Shown: positions 1 to 9,363 of the stretch, piece after piece
Layout: each line of letters begins with the position of its first letter
How positions within the stretch are numbered: position 1 is the stretch's first letter
Virus record (IMG/VR): IMGVR_UViG_3300031953_000014
Coordinates: 1 to 56,131 of that record
From: a virus
Lineage: Duplodnaviria > Caudoviricetes
Direction: 5' to 3' (one strand)
DNA length: 56,131 nt
Position numbers and translations under genes: made by a program
The notes under the pieces: generated by a model
What the model was told of the DNA's origin: nothing
Databases searched by the model: none
Seen by the model: the letters and a program-made list of their open reading frames with translations, nothing else

Positions 1-121
1 GGGGAGTCGCCCATGGGGAGGGTACAGACGTTCAACATGACATTCATTTTCATTAGCCCCTGGACGCGATGTCTGGGGGTTTTCTTGTATCCGGCGCGAT
101 GCCGTGGAGGAGTTGGTTTTC

Positions 122-589
122 ATGGGTCGTGGTGGTGCTCGTAATCGTTCTGGTCCGCAGCCTGATCCGTCTTCGGGTCGTTCTGATCGGCGTGGGTTGG
201 CGTTTGGTTCGTTGCCTGTTGGTGGGTTTGTGGGTGTGGTTCCTGCGTTTCCGTTGCCTGAGGCGTCGGAGCGCGAGTTGGAGGTGTGGGGTTCGGCGTG
301 GCGTTCTCCGCAGGCTGATGCGTGGTCGCGTGAGGTGTGGCGGCATCGGACGGTGGCTTTGTGGGTGCGTTATTCGGTGCGTATGGAGGCTTTGGATGCT
401 TCGGCGGCGTTGGGGAATGTTGTGCAGCGTTTGGCTGATCAGATTGGTATGACGCCGGCTGGTTTGCGTGAGAATGGTTGGACGATTTCTCCTGCTGATG
501 CGCCTGTTGTTGCGTCTGAGAGTAAAGCGAAGGGGCCTGTTGTTTCGGCTCGAAGATTGAGGGCGGTTGCGGGCGATGGCGGCCAGTGA
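122..589 (+). CDS. terS: terminase small subunit
   Basis: MGRGGARNRSGPQPDPSSGRSDRRG N-terminus typical of actinophage small terminases; GGAGG SD; first gene, overlaps large terminase. Confidence 0.8.
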   Translation: MGRGGARNRSGPQPDPSSGRSDRRGLAFGSLPVGGFVGVVPAFPLPEASERELEVWGSAWRSPQADAWSREVWRHRTVALWVRYSVRMEALDASAALGNVVQRLADQIGMTPAGLRENGWTISPADAPVVASESKAKGPVVSARRLRAVAGDGGQ

Positions 590-1652
590 AGGGTATTTAG
601 TCGATTTTCCTACTCTTGGCGATTTGGCGGATGCGTGGGTTAAGCATCATTGCAAGATCCCGGATGGCTATAACCGTGGTGGTGAGTTTGAGTGGCCTGA
701 TTGGCAGTATTGGTGTGGCGCTAATTATTATCGGGTTCGTCCTGGTGTTGAGTGGAAGTCGCCTACTGAGCCGTTGTTGAATCAGGCGTTCGCTTATCGT
801 CGCGCTCAGATTGTCGCTCCCCAAAAACTCGGAAAAGGACCATGGTCCGCTTCTATTGCTTGTTTGGAGGCTGTTGGGCCTTCGCAGTTCCTTGGGTGGG
901 CTGGCAAGGATGACGGTTATGTGTGCGCTGACCATGGGTGTGGGTGCGGGTGGGAGTACCCGTATTTAGAGTTTGAGCCGATGGGGATGCGGCATCCTTC
1001 GCCGATTATTCAGCTTACGGCGACTTCTGAGGATCAGGTTGCGAATGTTTATCGGCCCCTGACTGCGATGATTAAACTGTCTGGGCCTTTGTCGGACCTG
1101 TTGAAGGTGCGTGAGGGGTTTATTCGTATTGCGGGCGAGAATGCCGGTGATGATTTCGACCGTATTGATGCGGTGTCGTCGTCTGCTAATGGCCGTGTTG
1201 GTAACCCTGTGTCGTTTGTGCTTCATGACGAGACGGGGTTGTACACGAAGCGGAATAAGATGCTTAGTATTGCTGATGCTCAGCGTCGTGGCGCGGCTGG
1301 TATGGGTGGTCGGACGATGGAGACGACGAATGCGTGGGATCCGTCAGAAAACTCGTATGCGCAGCGTACGTATGAGTCTCGGGTGGATGACATTTTCAAG
1401 TTTTATCGGATTCCGCCGAAGCAGTTGTCGTGGGGGAATAAGCGTGAGCGCCGGCAGATCCTCAAGTATGTGTATGAGGGTTCGCCGTGGGTGTCTTTGG
1501 ATTCTATTGAGGCTGAGGCTTCGGAGTTGAATGAAACGGACCCGGCGCAGGCTGAACGTTTTTTTGGTAACAGGTTGGTTTATGGGCAGGGTTCGTGGTT
1601 GAGGGATGGCTTGTGGGAGTCCCGTTATGCGCAGCATCCGGTGATGGCGTGA
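576..1652 (+). CDS. terL: terminase large subunit, ATPase domain
   Basis: Walker A-like APQKLGKG, Walker B VLHDETG, TTNAWD coupling motif. Confidence 0.88.
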   Translation: MAASEGYLVDFPTLGDLADAWVKHHCKIPDGYNRGGEFEWPDWQYWCGANYYRVRPGVEWKSPTEPLLNQAFAYRRAQIVAPQKLGKGPWSASIACLEAVGPSQFLGWAGKDDGYVCADHGCGCGWEYPYLEFEPMGMRHPSPIIQLTATSEDQVANVYRPLTAMIKLSGPLSDLLKVREGFIRIAGENAGDDFDRIDAVSSSANGRVGNPVSFVLHDETGLYTKRNKMLSIADAQRRGAAGMGGRTMETTNAWDPSENSYAQRTYESRVDDIFKFYRIPPKQLSWGNKRERRQILKYVYEGSPWVSLDSIEAEASELNETDPAQAERFFGNRLVYGQGSWLRDGLWESRYAQHPVMA

Positions 1653-1665
1653 TTGGTGGTCTCAT

Positions 1666-2274
1666 ATGGTCGAGTGGCTGCCTAATCCTGTTCCGGGCAC
1701 TCAGATAGCGCTTGGGTTCGATGGCTCGGAGAACAATGACTGGAGTGCTATTCGTGCTGAGACTCGCGATGGGTTCCAGTTCACGCCGAGGTATGGCCCG
1801 GATAAGCGTCCTACGATTTGGAATCCGCAGGAGTGGAATGGGCAGATACCGCGTCTAGAGGTTGGTGCGGCGGTTGATGAACTGTTCACAACCTATAAGG
1901 TGTCCCGATTTTATTGTGACCCGTCTGGGTGGTATTCGGAGATTGGCGATTGGGCGTTGCAGTTCGGGCAGGACAAAGTGTTTGAGTGGTCGAATGCGCG
2001 GATTGACCGCATGTATCACGCTATCCGGCGTTTTGAGGTCGACCTGTCTACTGGGCGTATTTCAAACGATGGGTGCCCGATCACGGCAGTGCATATTGCG
2101 AATGCCCGTAAGGTCGCGAAGCCTGGTCAAAAGTATGTGTTGGGTAAACCTGCCGATCATCAAAAGATTGATGCTGCGCAGGCGTCAATTGTGGCGCACG
2201 AGGCAGCAATGGACACGAACGAGGCCGGATGGCCTGAACTTCAAGCCGTGTCATCAAAGATGATCGGTTTCTAA
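1666..2274 (+). CDS. terminase large subunit, nuclease domain (separate gene)
   Basis: LGFDGS, YCDP and KIDAA RNase H-like acidic motifs; own SD (GGTGGT) and ATG. Confidence 0.85.
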   Translation: MVEWLPNPVPGTQIALGFDGSENNDWSAIRAETRDGFQFTPRYGPDKRPTIWNPQEWNGQIPRLEVGAAVDELFTTYKVSRFYCDPSGWYSEIGDWALQFGQDKVFEWSNARIDRMYHAIRRFEVDLSTGRISNDGCPITAVHIANARKVAKPGQKYVLGKPADHQKIDAAQASIVAHEAAMDTNEAGWPELQAVSSKMIGF

Positions 2275-2292
2275 ACGATTGGGAGGCCCGTT

Positions 2293-3708
2293 GTGGCTGA
2301 TATACAACCGGTTGAATTGATCCCAGTCTTAGAAAAGGGGCTCAAGGCGGATCAGGCGAATTTGAAGTCTTGGGACAATTATTATGAGGGCAATCAGCCG
2401 CTCAAGTACATGTCTGAGGCTATGCGTGAAGAGTTGGGTGATTCTGTTGCCGAGTTGGTGATCAACTGGGCACGGCTGGTTGCTGACGCGTATGAGACTC
2501 GGCTGGATATTGAGGGTTTCAGGTTTGCGGATTCTGATTCTGGCGATGATGATTTGTGGCATGCGTGGCAGTATAATCAGATGGATGAGCAGTCTCAGCA
2601 GGCCCATTTGGATTCGTTGGCGTTGTCGCGTTCGTATGTGACTGTTGGGTCTAATCCTGAGTCTGGGCGTCCTCCGTTGATTTCTGTTGAGTCTCCGTTT
2701 CAGGTGTGGGCGCAGAGGGATGCTCGGACTCGGCGCGTGAATGCTGCGATTAAGCAGTGGACTGATTTGGATGATGTGGCGCACACGATTGTGTATACGC
2801 CTACGACAATTGCATCGTTTTTGAAGGGGAAGAGTGGTTGGGAGGCTGACGGTTCGCCGGATAACCACAATTTTGGTGTGGTGCCTGTTGTTCCGTTGGT
2901 GAATCGTCCGCGTATTTCTCGCCCTGATGGCATTACTGAGTTTTATGATTTGCTTGATTTGGCGGATGCCGCAAATAAGATGGCCACTGATATGATGATC
3001 AGTGGCGAGTTTCATGCGATGCCGCGTCGGTATGCGTTTGGTTTGAAGCAGTCTGATTTTGTGGACCGTAACGGTACGCCGGTTTCGGCGTGGTCGATGT
3101 TGAAGAATCGGATTTGGGCTAACGAAGATCCGAATGTGAAGGTCGGTACTTTCACTGAGTCTGATTTGGCTGTGTTTCATAATACGATCAAGTTGTTGGC
3201 TCAGCTTGTTTCGCAGATTGCCGCGTTGCCGCCGCATTATATGCAGTTTGCTGGGTCTAATCCGGCGTCTGCTGATGCTATCAAGTCGTCTGAGACTCAG
3301 TTGGTGAAGCGTGTTGAGCGTAAGCAGACGTATCTGGGTGGGGCTTGGGAGGATGTGCAGCGGCTGAGTTTGATGTTTACTCGCGGCAAGGCTGAGCTTG
3401 AGGACCGCGATTTCAAGTTGGAGACGGTGTGGCGTGATCCGTCGACACCGACTGTGGCGCAGAAAGCGGATGCGGCGGTGAAACTGTATCAGTCTGGGGT
3501 TGTTCCGTTGGAGCAGACGTGGATTGATTTGGGGTATTCGGATACTCAGCGTAAGCAGATGAAGGCTATGGCGGATGCGGAGGTTGATTCTTCGCCGGCC
3601 GCTAGGTTTGCTCGGTCTTCGGACGGCATGGGTGCTGGTGTGTCTGTGGATGCGAATGTGTCGACGGTTGAGCCTACTGATGCTGGTGGTGTGGATGTCT
3701 CTGCCTGA
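2293..3708 (+). CDS. portal protein (SPP1 gp6-like)
   Basis: 471 aa; YYEG, INWARLVAD, GVVPVVPLVNR, WRDPSTPT motifs; position. Confidence 0.92.
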   Translation: MADIQPVELIPVLEKGLKADQANLKSWDNYYEGNQPLKYMSEAMREELGDSVAELVINWARLVADAYETRLDIEGFRFADSDSGDDDLWHAWQYNQMDEQSQQAHLDSLALSRSYVTVGSNPESGRPPLISVESPFQVWAQRDARTRRVNAAIKQWTDLDDVAHTIVYTPTTIASFLKGKSGWEADGSPDNHNFGVVPVVPLVNRPRISRPDGITEFYDLLDLADAANKMATDMMISGEFHAMPRRYAFGLKQSDFVDRNGTPVSAWSMLKNRIWANEDPNVKVGTFTESDLAVFHNTIKLLAQLVSQIAALPPHYMQFAGSNPASADAIKSSETQLVKRVERKQTYLGGAWEDVQRLSLMFTRGKAELEDRDFKLETVWRDPSTPTVAQKADAAVKLYQSGVVPLEQTWIDLGYSDTQRKQMKAMADAEVDSSPAARFARSSDGMGAGVSVDANVSTVEPTDAGGVDVSA

Positions 3709-5524
3709 TGTGGCGGTGCAGCATTATCGGGAGCAGCAGAGGTTGACGTTGAAGGTGTTGGCGTTTGCTCGTGAGGTGTGGGGTCGTCGTCCTCCTGCGG
3801 ATTTTGATGCGTGGTTTGCGCGTAACGGTGATGAGTTGTTGGCGATTGTTGTTGATGCTCAGTTGAGGGCCGTTAAGGGTGCTGATTTGTATGTGGGGGA
3901 TACTTTAGTGGAGTTGGGTACTCCAGTGTCCCCTGATGTGGTTATTAATCCTGAGGCGATGGCGGGTGTGGCGTCTGATGGGCGTCCGCTTGATTCGTTG
4001 ATGTTTGGTGCGGTTGTGAATGCGTCGGAGCGTGTTGAGGATCGTGGTAGGTCGGCGGCGTGGGAGTCTGGGTTTAATTGGTTGACTGTGGTGTTGCAAA
4101 CACAGTTGGCTGATATTGCTCGTTCTGCTAGCCAGTTGGCGATTGCGTCTCGTAAGAATGTTGGTTATGTGCGGATGTTGAATCCGCCGTCGTGTTCGCG
4201 GTGTGTGATTCTTGCGGGTAGGTTTTATCGGTCGAGTTCGGCGTTCCGTAGGCATCCTGGTTGTGACTGCCGGCATATTGCGTCTCTTGAGGATAATAGC
4301 GAGGATATTCGGACTGATCCTCAAAAGTATTTCAATTCGCTTACTGAGGCGGAGCAGAATAGGGCGTTTACGCGGTCTGGTGCTGAGGCTATCCGGTTGG
4401 GTGCTGATGTAGGGCAGGTTGTGAATGTTCGGCGGGGTGCTACTGGGTTGGATTCGGCGGCTGGTTCTACTGGCAGGCTGCAACGGCAGGACGTGTATGG
4501 GCGGTCATTGTTGACGTCGACGGAGGGTGTCACTAAGCGTGGTGTTGCGGGCAAGGTGATTCGTGCTCGTGGGCGTGATCCGAGGACTACGCCACGGTTG
4601 ATGCCTGAGAGTATCCTAGAGGTTGCGGAGTCTCGTGATGATGCAATGAGGCTACTGCGGCTTAACGGGTACGTGTTGGACCGTACAGGGCCTGCTACTG
4701 GTGTCGGTTCGCGCACTTCGCTCGTCCCAGACCTTAAGGGGCCAGCGCCGACAGCCATGCCGGTGGTGAAGCGTAATCCGAAGCGCCCGAAAATGGATGA
4801 GGTCACGGGCACGACAATTGACCGTGTGAGGCGTGCACAGTTGGCGGACAATGAAGCATTGCTTGCCGATACAGCCAAACAGGCGGGCGTTACCCCGGCA
4901 GTATTGTCGGAGCGCGCCAATGACGGTCTCCGCAAGTTCGCCGAAGACAAGAATGTCGCAATCAACATGCGTGACGCTTCGTTCGCATCATTCATGCGCG
5001 ACGGCAGATATAAGACACAATACGAGACAGGATCTGGCGCAAACTATGATCCGACACTCCGGGCCAACTATGAACAAGCATGGTTCGGCCAAGACAGTGA
5101 AGTGCCAGTGTACGGCTACCTGCGTTCTCGTGGTGGCGAAAAGTCGGGTGCTGACGTGTACGGCGGAATCGCACTCGTGCTACGCGATGACGTGAAAGAT
5201 TCGATGACAGTGACTGTCGGGGACTCGATGGGAATGATGGACTACACCGTTCCCGGATCATTGGGGAGTCCTGGCAGGTTCACTGGTAGCCCGGTGCGTG
5301 CCGCGAAGGTTGATAGTGCGGACGGTTACGCCGACTATCTCGCCACGACGCATTACTCTTCCAGTTATGTGGAAGCTCAAGTGCGCCGGCAAGTGACGGT
5401 CGATGATGTGGCGGAGGTTGTGTTTCGTAAGCCGCCTACGCCCGCGCAAGTATCCGCCCTCGCAGATAAGGGCATCGCGTTCTCGGTTGTAGAACTTCCC
5501 GCCAAAACTAGGAGTGTGTCGTGA
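3695..5524 (+). CDS. MuF-like minor head protein with C-terminal extension (DUF3626-like, putative toxin domain)
   Basis: CSRCVILAGR..RHPGCDCRH MuF-type motif; C-terminal GRYKTQYETG, PVYGYL, YG..LVL, TVGDS, YVEAQV motifs. Confidence 0.72.
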   Translation: MSLPDVAVQHYREQQRLTLKVLAFAREVWGRRPPADFDAWFARNGDELLAIVVDAQLRAVKGADLYVGDTLVELGTPVSPDVVINPEAMAGVASDGRPLDSLMFGAVVNASERVEDRGRSAAWESGFNWLTVVLQTQLADIARSASQLAIASRKNVGYVRMLNPPSCSRCVILAGRFYRSSSAFRRHPGCDCRHIASLEDNSEDIRTDPQKYFNSLTEAEQNRAFTRSGAEAIRLGADVGQVVNVRRGATGLDSAAGSTGRLQRQDVYGRSLLTSTEGVTKRGVAGKVIRARGRDPRTTPRLMPESILEVAESRDDAMRLLRLNGYVLDRTGPATGVGSRTSLVPDLKGPAPTAMPVVKRNPKRPKMDEVTGTTIDRVRRAQLADNEALLADTAKQAGVTPAVLSERANDGLRKFAEDKNVAINMRDASFASFMRDGRYKTQYETGSGANYDPTLRANYEQAWFGQDSEVPVYGYLRSRGGEKSGADVYGGIALVLRDDVKDSMTVTVGDSMGMMDYTVPGSLGSPGRFTGSPVRAAKVDSADGYADYLATTHYSSSYVEAQVRRQVTVDDVAEVVFRKPPTPAQVSALADKGIAFSVVELPAKTRSVS

Positions 5525-5754
5525 AAGTACCTGTCACACACTATTTGGAGTCGGGGTTTGATGCTTCCGAAGTGTATCCGGGCGTGTATGTTCTCGACGG
5601 CTTAGGGGCAGTCCTCGCGGACTCTCTGGGTGCGCAGAATGTGACGGCCACTGAAGTCGATGACGGTAGCATGTTTCTTGTTTCTGATGCGGTGTTGGAT
5701 GATGCCCGCATGCTCAGTGACGGTATTGTGAAGCGCCGAAAACTGTTGCCGTAA
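5521..5754 (+). CDS. small hypothetical protein, candidate immunity protein
   Basis: 77 aa, GTGA-coupled to the MuF-extension gene, followed by a terminator. Confidence 0.55.
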   Translation: MKVPVTHYLESGFDASEVYPGVYVLDGLGAVLADSLGAQNVTATEVDDGSMFLVSDAVLDDARMLSDGIVKRRKLLP

Positions 5755-5775
5755 CAATGTAGTTCCAGGTCAGGA

Positions 5776-5813
5776 AGGCCCCCGTTGAGCATGTAGCTCC
5801 GGGGGCTTTTTTG
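5776..5813 (+). terminator. intrinsic terminator
   Basis: GGCCCCCG...CGGGGGCT stem followed by T-run. Confidence 0.7.
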
Positions 5814-5912
5814 TACCCAAAACAAGGTTTCTTCCCGCATCGCGGGGAGATGTTAGGCCACCGCAGGCGATCTGTTGGTGGCATCAATGCCCCCGCGATG
5901 GAGGTTTCACCC

Positions 5913-6509
5913 ATGTCTACACCTATTCCGGCTGAAGTTATTGCCACTGATCCTGTCGGGGTTGCCGCTGATTCGGTCCCTACCCCGCCAGTTGTTTCCC
6001 CTGTCGATTCGGATGTTGGCGCGACGCCGACGCCTGAACCTGAGTTGGGGGAGGGTGGCAAGAAAGCTCTTGCGGCTGAAAGGTCTCGCGCTGATGCAGC
6101 CGAGAAAGCGTTGAAAGCGTTGCAGTCTAAGGCTGCTGCTGATGCGCAGGCCGCAGAGGATGCAAAGTTGTCGGAGTTGCAGTTGGCGCAGAAGCAGGCG
6201 GCTGACGCGAAAGCCGCTGCCGAAGCTCAGGCTTCAGAGAATTTGCGTCTCAAGTTTGCGTACGAAAATCAGGTTCCCCAGGCGTGGGTGGACCGGCTTC
6301 AAGGTTCCAATGTTGAAGAGTTGGCGGCTGATTGGGCGATCCTTCAGCCGACGCTTGCTCCTGTGGTTCCGGTGGTTGATCCGAATGCGCCTCGCGTGCC
6401 TGCTCCGGTCGATCATCAGGGTCCACAGCCGACTCCTCAGCTCACTGATGATGAAGAACTCTACCGGCAGGCTGGCTATGCCACTGCCCTTAACGGAAAG
6501 GCCAAATAA
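5913..6509 (+). CDS. capsid scaffolding protein
   Basis: LGEGGKKALAAER, KLSELQ, RLQGSNVEELAAD motifs; GGAGGT SD. Confidence 0.85.
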   Translation: MSTPIPAEVIATDPVGVAADSVPTPPVVSPVDSDVGATPTPEPELGEGGKKALAAERSRADAAEKALKALQSKAAADAQAAEDAKLSELQLAQKQAADAKAAAEAQASENLRLKFAYENQVPQAWVDRLQGSNVEELAADWAILQPTLAPVVPVVDPNAPRVPAPVDHQGPQPTPQLTDDEELYRQAGYATALNGKAK

Positions 6510-6868
6510 TGGCTGATTACACTCCGATTCGCAAGCCTGGCGCGGATCTTCCTATCGTTACTTCTGCTGCGGTTACGGCCGGTCAGCTTGTGTTTGTTTC
6601 GGGTGAGCAGACTGTTGCCCCGACTTCTGCGGCTACTGGCGCGTGGATTGGTGTTGCGGCTTTTGATGCGGCTTTGGGCGCGAAGGTGACTGTTCATGCG
6701 GGCGGTGTGCATGAGTTGAAGGCTACTGGCGCTGTTGCGGCTGGCGCGAATGTTGTTGGTGCTGCTGGCGGTTCTGTTGCCACTGTCGGCGCGGGCACTA
6801 TCGATCAGGTTGTTGGTGTGGCTTTGGGTGCTGCTGCTGGCGGCAAGGTTGTTGTCAAGCTTCGCTGA
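6509..6868 (+). CDS. capsid decoration/cement protein (DUF2190-like)
   Basis: Ala/Gly/Val-rich 119 aa; VTAGQLV and IGVAAFDAA motifs; lies between scaffold and capsid. Confidence 0.75.
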   Translation: MADYTPIRKPGADLPIVTSAAVTAGQLVFVSGEQTVAPTSAATGAWIGVAAFDAALGAKVTVHAGGVHELKATGAVAAGANVVGAAGGSVATVGAGTIDQVVGVALGAAAGGKVVVKLR

Positions 6869-6893
6869 TTTTCGTTTCTGCGCTTCATCTTTC

Positions 6894-6916
6894 AGCCCCC
6901 GTTGTGGGGCTTTTCT
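6894..6916 (+). terminator. terminator-like hairpin upstream of major capsid gene
   Basis: AGCCCC-CGTTGT-GGGGCT followed by TTTCT. Confidence 0.5.
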
Positions 6917-6968
6917 CATTTGAGGGGCATGCGGAGCATGTCTACTCCTTCCTTAAGGACTGATTCAT

Positions 6969-7877
6969 ATTAGCTTCACTTACCCGGCTGGAGCCCCGAC
7001 TTACTCGGGCGATTCCATCATTGCCAACCGCTTCCTCCAGTCCCCCGCGCTCGTCGCTAAGCGCGTAGACGAGATCGCATCGCAGCGTTTCATCTCGGAC
7101 GTGCTTCTCACCAAGCGTGTCGAGGCTTCCGGTGGCGCTATCGCATTCTCGTCCCTGGACCCCCTGTACGCGGACCGTCAGCCTGAGTCGATCACTCCCG
7201 GTGGCGAATACCCGCTGACCGGCATCTCCAATGGCGTGCTTCAGAACGTCGCTGTCGTCAAGTGGGGCCAGGACGCCGAGATCACCGATGAGGCTATCAA
7301 GCGTTCCGCGATGAACAGTGTCGAGGAAGCATTCAAGAAGCTGGTCAACTCGGCTGTCCGTCAGATGGATGCTACAGCCTTGTCACTGATCGCTTCTGCT
7401 GTCACTGCTACCCAGCAGGCTTCTGCCGCGTGGACCGATGACGCTAACGCGAAGATTCTGCGTGACATCATGCTCGCTAAGGCGAAGATTACGGCACTGA
7501 ATATGGGCTATGAGCCCAATGTGCTTGTCGTGGATGATGCTACGCATGCAATCCTGGCTTCTGATTCGAAGCTGACGCAGACTATCGCCCGCGAAGACAA
7601 CAGTAACACTGTCTACACTGGCCAGTTCCTCACCATTGCGGGGCTTACCCTGTTGCCGACGAACAACCTGCCGTCTGCGGGCGCATGGCTGATTGACACC
7701 AACGCGCTCGGTGGCATTGGCAAGGAAACCCTCGGGCAGGGCTACGCCGGCGATGTTGTCGAGACGAAGACCATCCGTGAAGAACTGAATGACCGGTACC
7801 GTATTCGTGCGCGCCGCAATGTTGTTCCGTTCGTGGCAGAGCCTGGTGCCGCAATTAAGATCATCACCACGGTCTGA
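6969..7877 (+). CDS. major capsid protein (HK97 fold); predicted non-canonical ATT start
   Basis: Frame open from TAA at 6954-6956; family-like N-terminus SFTYPAGAPTYSGD..RFLQSPALVAKR precedes the first GTG (7101); AAGGA SD 9 nt before ATT 6969. Confidence 0.85.
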   Translation: MSFTYPAGAPTYSGDSIIANRFLQSPALVAKRVDEIASQRFISDVLLTKRVEASGGAIAFSSLDPLYADRQPESITPGGEYPLTGISNGVLQNVAVVKWGQDAEITDEAIKRSAMNSVEEAFKKLVNSAVRQMDATALSLIASAVTATQQASAAWTDDANAKILRDIMLAKAKITALNMGYEPNVLVVDDATHAILASDSKLTQTIAREDNSNTVYTGQFLTIAGLTLLPTNNLPSAGAWLIDTNALGGIGKETLGQGYAGDVVETKTIREELNDRYRIRARRNVVPFVAEPGAAIKIITTV

Positions 7878-7892
7878 TAGGGGACTTCAAGA

Positions 7893-8114
7893 ATGGCATC
7901 GTATTTTGTTAAAGCTCCGCTGATTCAGGTTACACACTTGAATGGCAAGATTGAGCAGTTGATGGCTCCGCGCCCGGTCCCCACTGATGTTTCGCAGGAG
8001 GACTTGGATCGGCTTGAGGCTGGCGGTCTGATCGTGAAGGTTTCTGTGCCTGAGGTTGAGGTCGAGAAGCCTCGTGTTGGCCGTCCGGCTAAGGGTAATG
8101 ACAGCGCCGCTTGA
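7893..8114 (+). CDS. small head-associated protein
   Basis: 73 aa directly after capsid gene. Confidence 0.6.
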   Translation: MASYFVKAPLIQVTHLNGKIEQLMAPRPVPTDVSQEDLDRLEAGGLIVKVSVPEVEVEKPRVGRPAKGNDSAA

Positions 8115-8490
8115 CCCACTGATCTGGATAGATGATGTCGAGGGTCGGCTGGGGGAAACTCTGGCCGACCTTGACCGTGTGCGTGTGGATTCGTTTATCG
8201 CGTATGCGTCGGCACTGTTGCGTGCTCATCGCCCCGACCTTGACAATGCGTTATTGGATGGTTCACTGTCTGGTGCGCTCGTTAAGGGTGTTGTGGTGTC
8301 TGCTGTTGTGCGGGCATGGGATTCGGTGCAGATTGGTCCTCGGATCAAGTCTGAGCAGTTCCCTGAGATCACGACAACGTATACGGAGGCTAATCCTTCG
8401 CTACTGTTTTTTACTGCGGAGGAGTTGGCGTCTTTGTCGCCGATGTTGGGTTCTGCTGGCGGTGGCGCGTTTTCGATTGTGCTCGGCTGA
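8098..8490 (+). CDS. head-to-tail adaptor
   Basis: DDVEGRLG..ASALLR..LFFTAEEL..AFSI pattern; position. Confidence 0.75.
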   Translation: MTAPLDPLIWIDDVEGRLGETLADLDRVRVDSFIAYASALLRAHRPDLDNALLDGSLSGALVKGVVVSAVVRAWDSVQIGPRIKSEQFPEITTTYTEANPSLLFFTAEELASLSPMLGSAGGGAFSIVLG

Positions 8491-8873
8491 TGTCACGGCG
8501 TCTACCGGAACCGTGGGTGTTGCTTGTGGATGGTGTTGCGACTGTCGATGAGTCTACGGGTAATCGGATTCCTGCCGCGCCTATCGAGGTGCCGTGGACG
8601 GGGCTACTTCAGCAGCGGCAATTGTCTTCGTCGTCAATTGATTCGGGCAATACTGAGTTTGAGGATGGGCATGTCTCATCTTCGTTCACTTTGTTGCTTG
8701 ATCCGGGGTTGCTGCCGTTTCCGTCTTCGCGTGACAGGTTCCGTGATAGTGACGGCATTGTCTATCAGGTTGTGGGTCGCCCTCGTGCACGTAAGCCGGC
8801 GCGGGGTGCGCGTAAAGCAAATTATATTGCCGCGATTGTGCGGTGCGCTTCAGATGTGAGAGAAGGTTCGTAG
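8490..8873 (+). CDS. head-to-tail stopper
   Basis: DESTGNR, DRFRDSDG.VYQVVGRP motifs; synteny. Confidence 0.7.
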   Translation: MSRRLPEPWVLLVDGVATVDESTGNRIPAAPIEVPWTGLLQQRQLSSSSIDSGNTEFEDGHVSSSFTLLLDPGLLPFPSSRDRFRDSDGIVYQVVGRPRARKPARGARKANYIAAIVRCASDVREGS

Positions 8874-9052
8874 TGGCTGAGATTGTTGAGTTCAAGGTTG
8901 ATGGTAATACGGTGCAGACTGTCGAGGGGTCGAAGACTCATGTGCGGCATCAGAAGTTGTCGCGCAAAGAGGCGAAGGTGTTGCCTGTGGTTGAGCCGGT
9001 TAAGCCGTTGGTGAAGACTCCTGAGTCGCCTAAGGTGGACGTTAAGCAGTAA
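8873..9052 (+). CDS. hypothetical protein
   Basis: coupled ORF in neck operon with AGAAGG SD. Confidence 0.55.
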   Translation: MAEIVEFKVDGNTVQTVEGSKTHVRHQKLSRKEAKVLPVVEPVKPLVKTPESPKVDVKQ

Positions 9053-9363
9053 TGGCATCTTCTACACGGTTTACGTTGTTTCCTGCTCAGGCCCGCGAGG
9101 AAGCCCGACAGTTAACCACCAGTGGCCGCACGAAGATTGCGCGTGAGATCGCCGAGGAAGCGCAAACGATGGCACCCGTACTGACTGGCGACTACCGCGA
9201 CGGTATTGATGTCGTGGTGAACGGTTCCGATGTGCAGGTTGTCGACACGGACCCTGACGCTATCTATAAGGAGTTTGGTACTTCGAAGATGGCGGGGCTT
9301 GCTGTGATTACTGATGCGGCGCGGTCTCGTGGCAAGTATCGAGGATGGAAGCCGAGGACGTGA
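9052..9363 (+). CDS. HK97 gp10-like neck protein
   Basis: APVLTGDYRDGI, AIYKEFGTSKM motifs. Confidence 0.75.
   Translation: MASSTRFTLFPAQAREEARQLTTSGRTKIAREIAEEAQTMAPVLTGDYRDGIDVVVNGSDVQVVDTDPDAIYKEFGTSKMAGLAVITDAARSRGKYRGWKPRT

Noticed and set aside
1-54. cos site or genome terminus
   Set aside because: Position before terS is suggestive, but ends cannot be determined without reads or the other terminus
1620-1680. second bypass or frameshift site in terminase
   Set aside because: No hairpin or matched codons; the downstream part has its own SD and ATG
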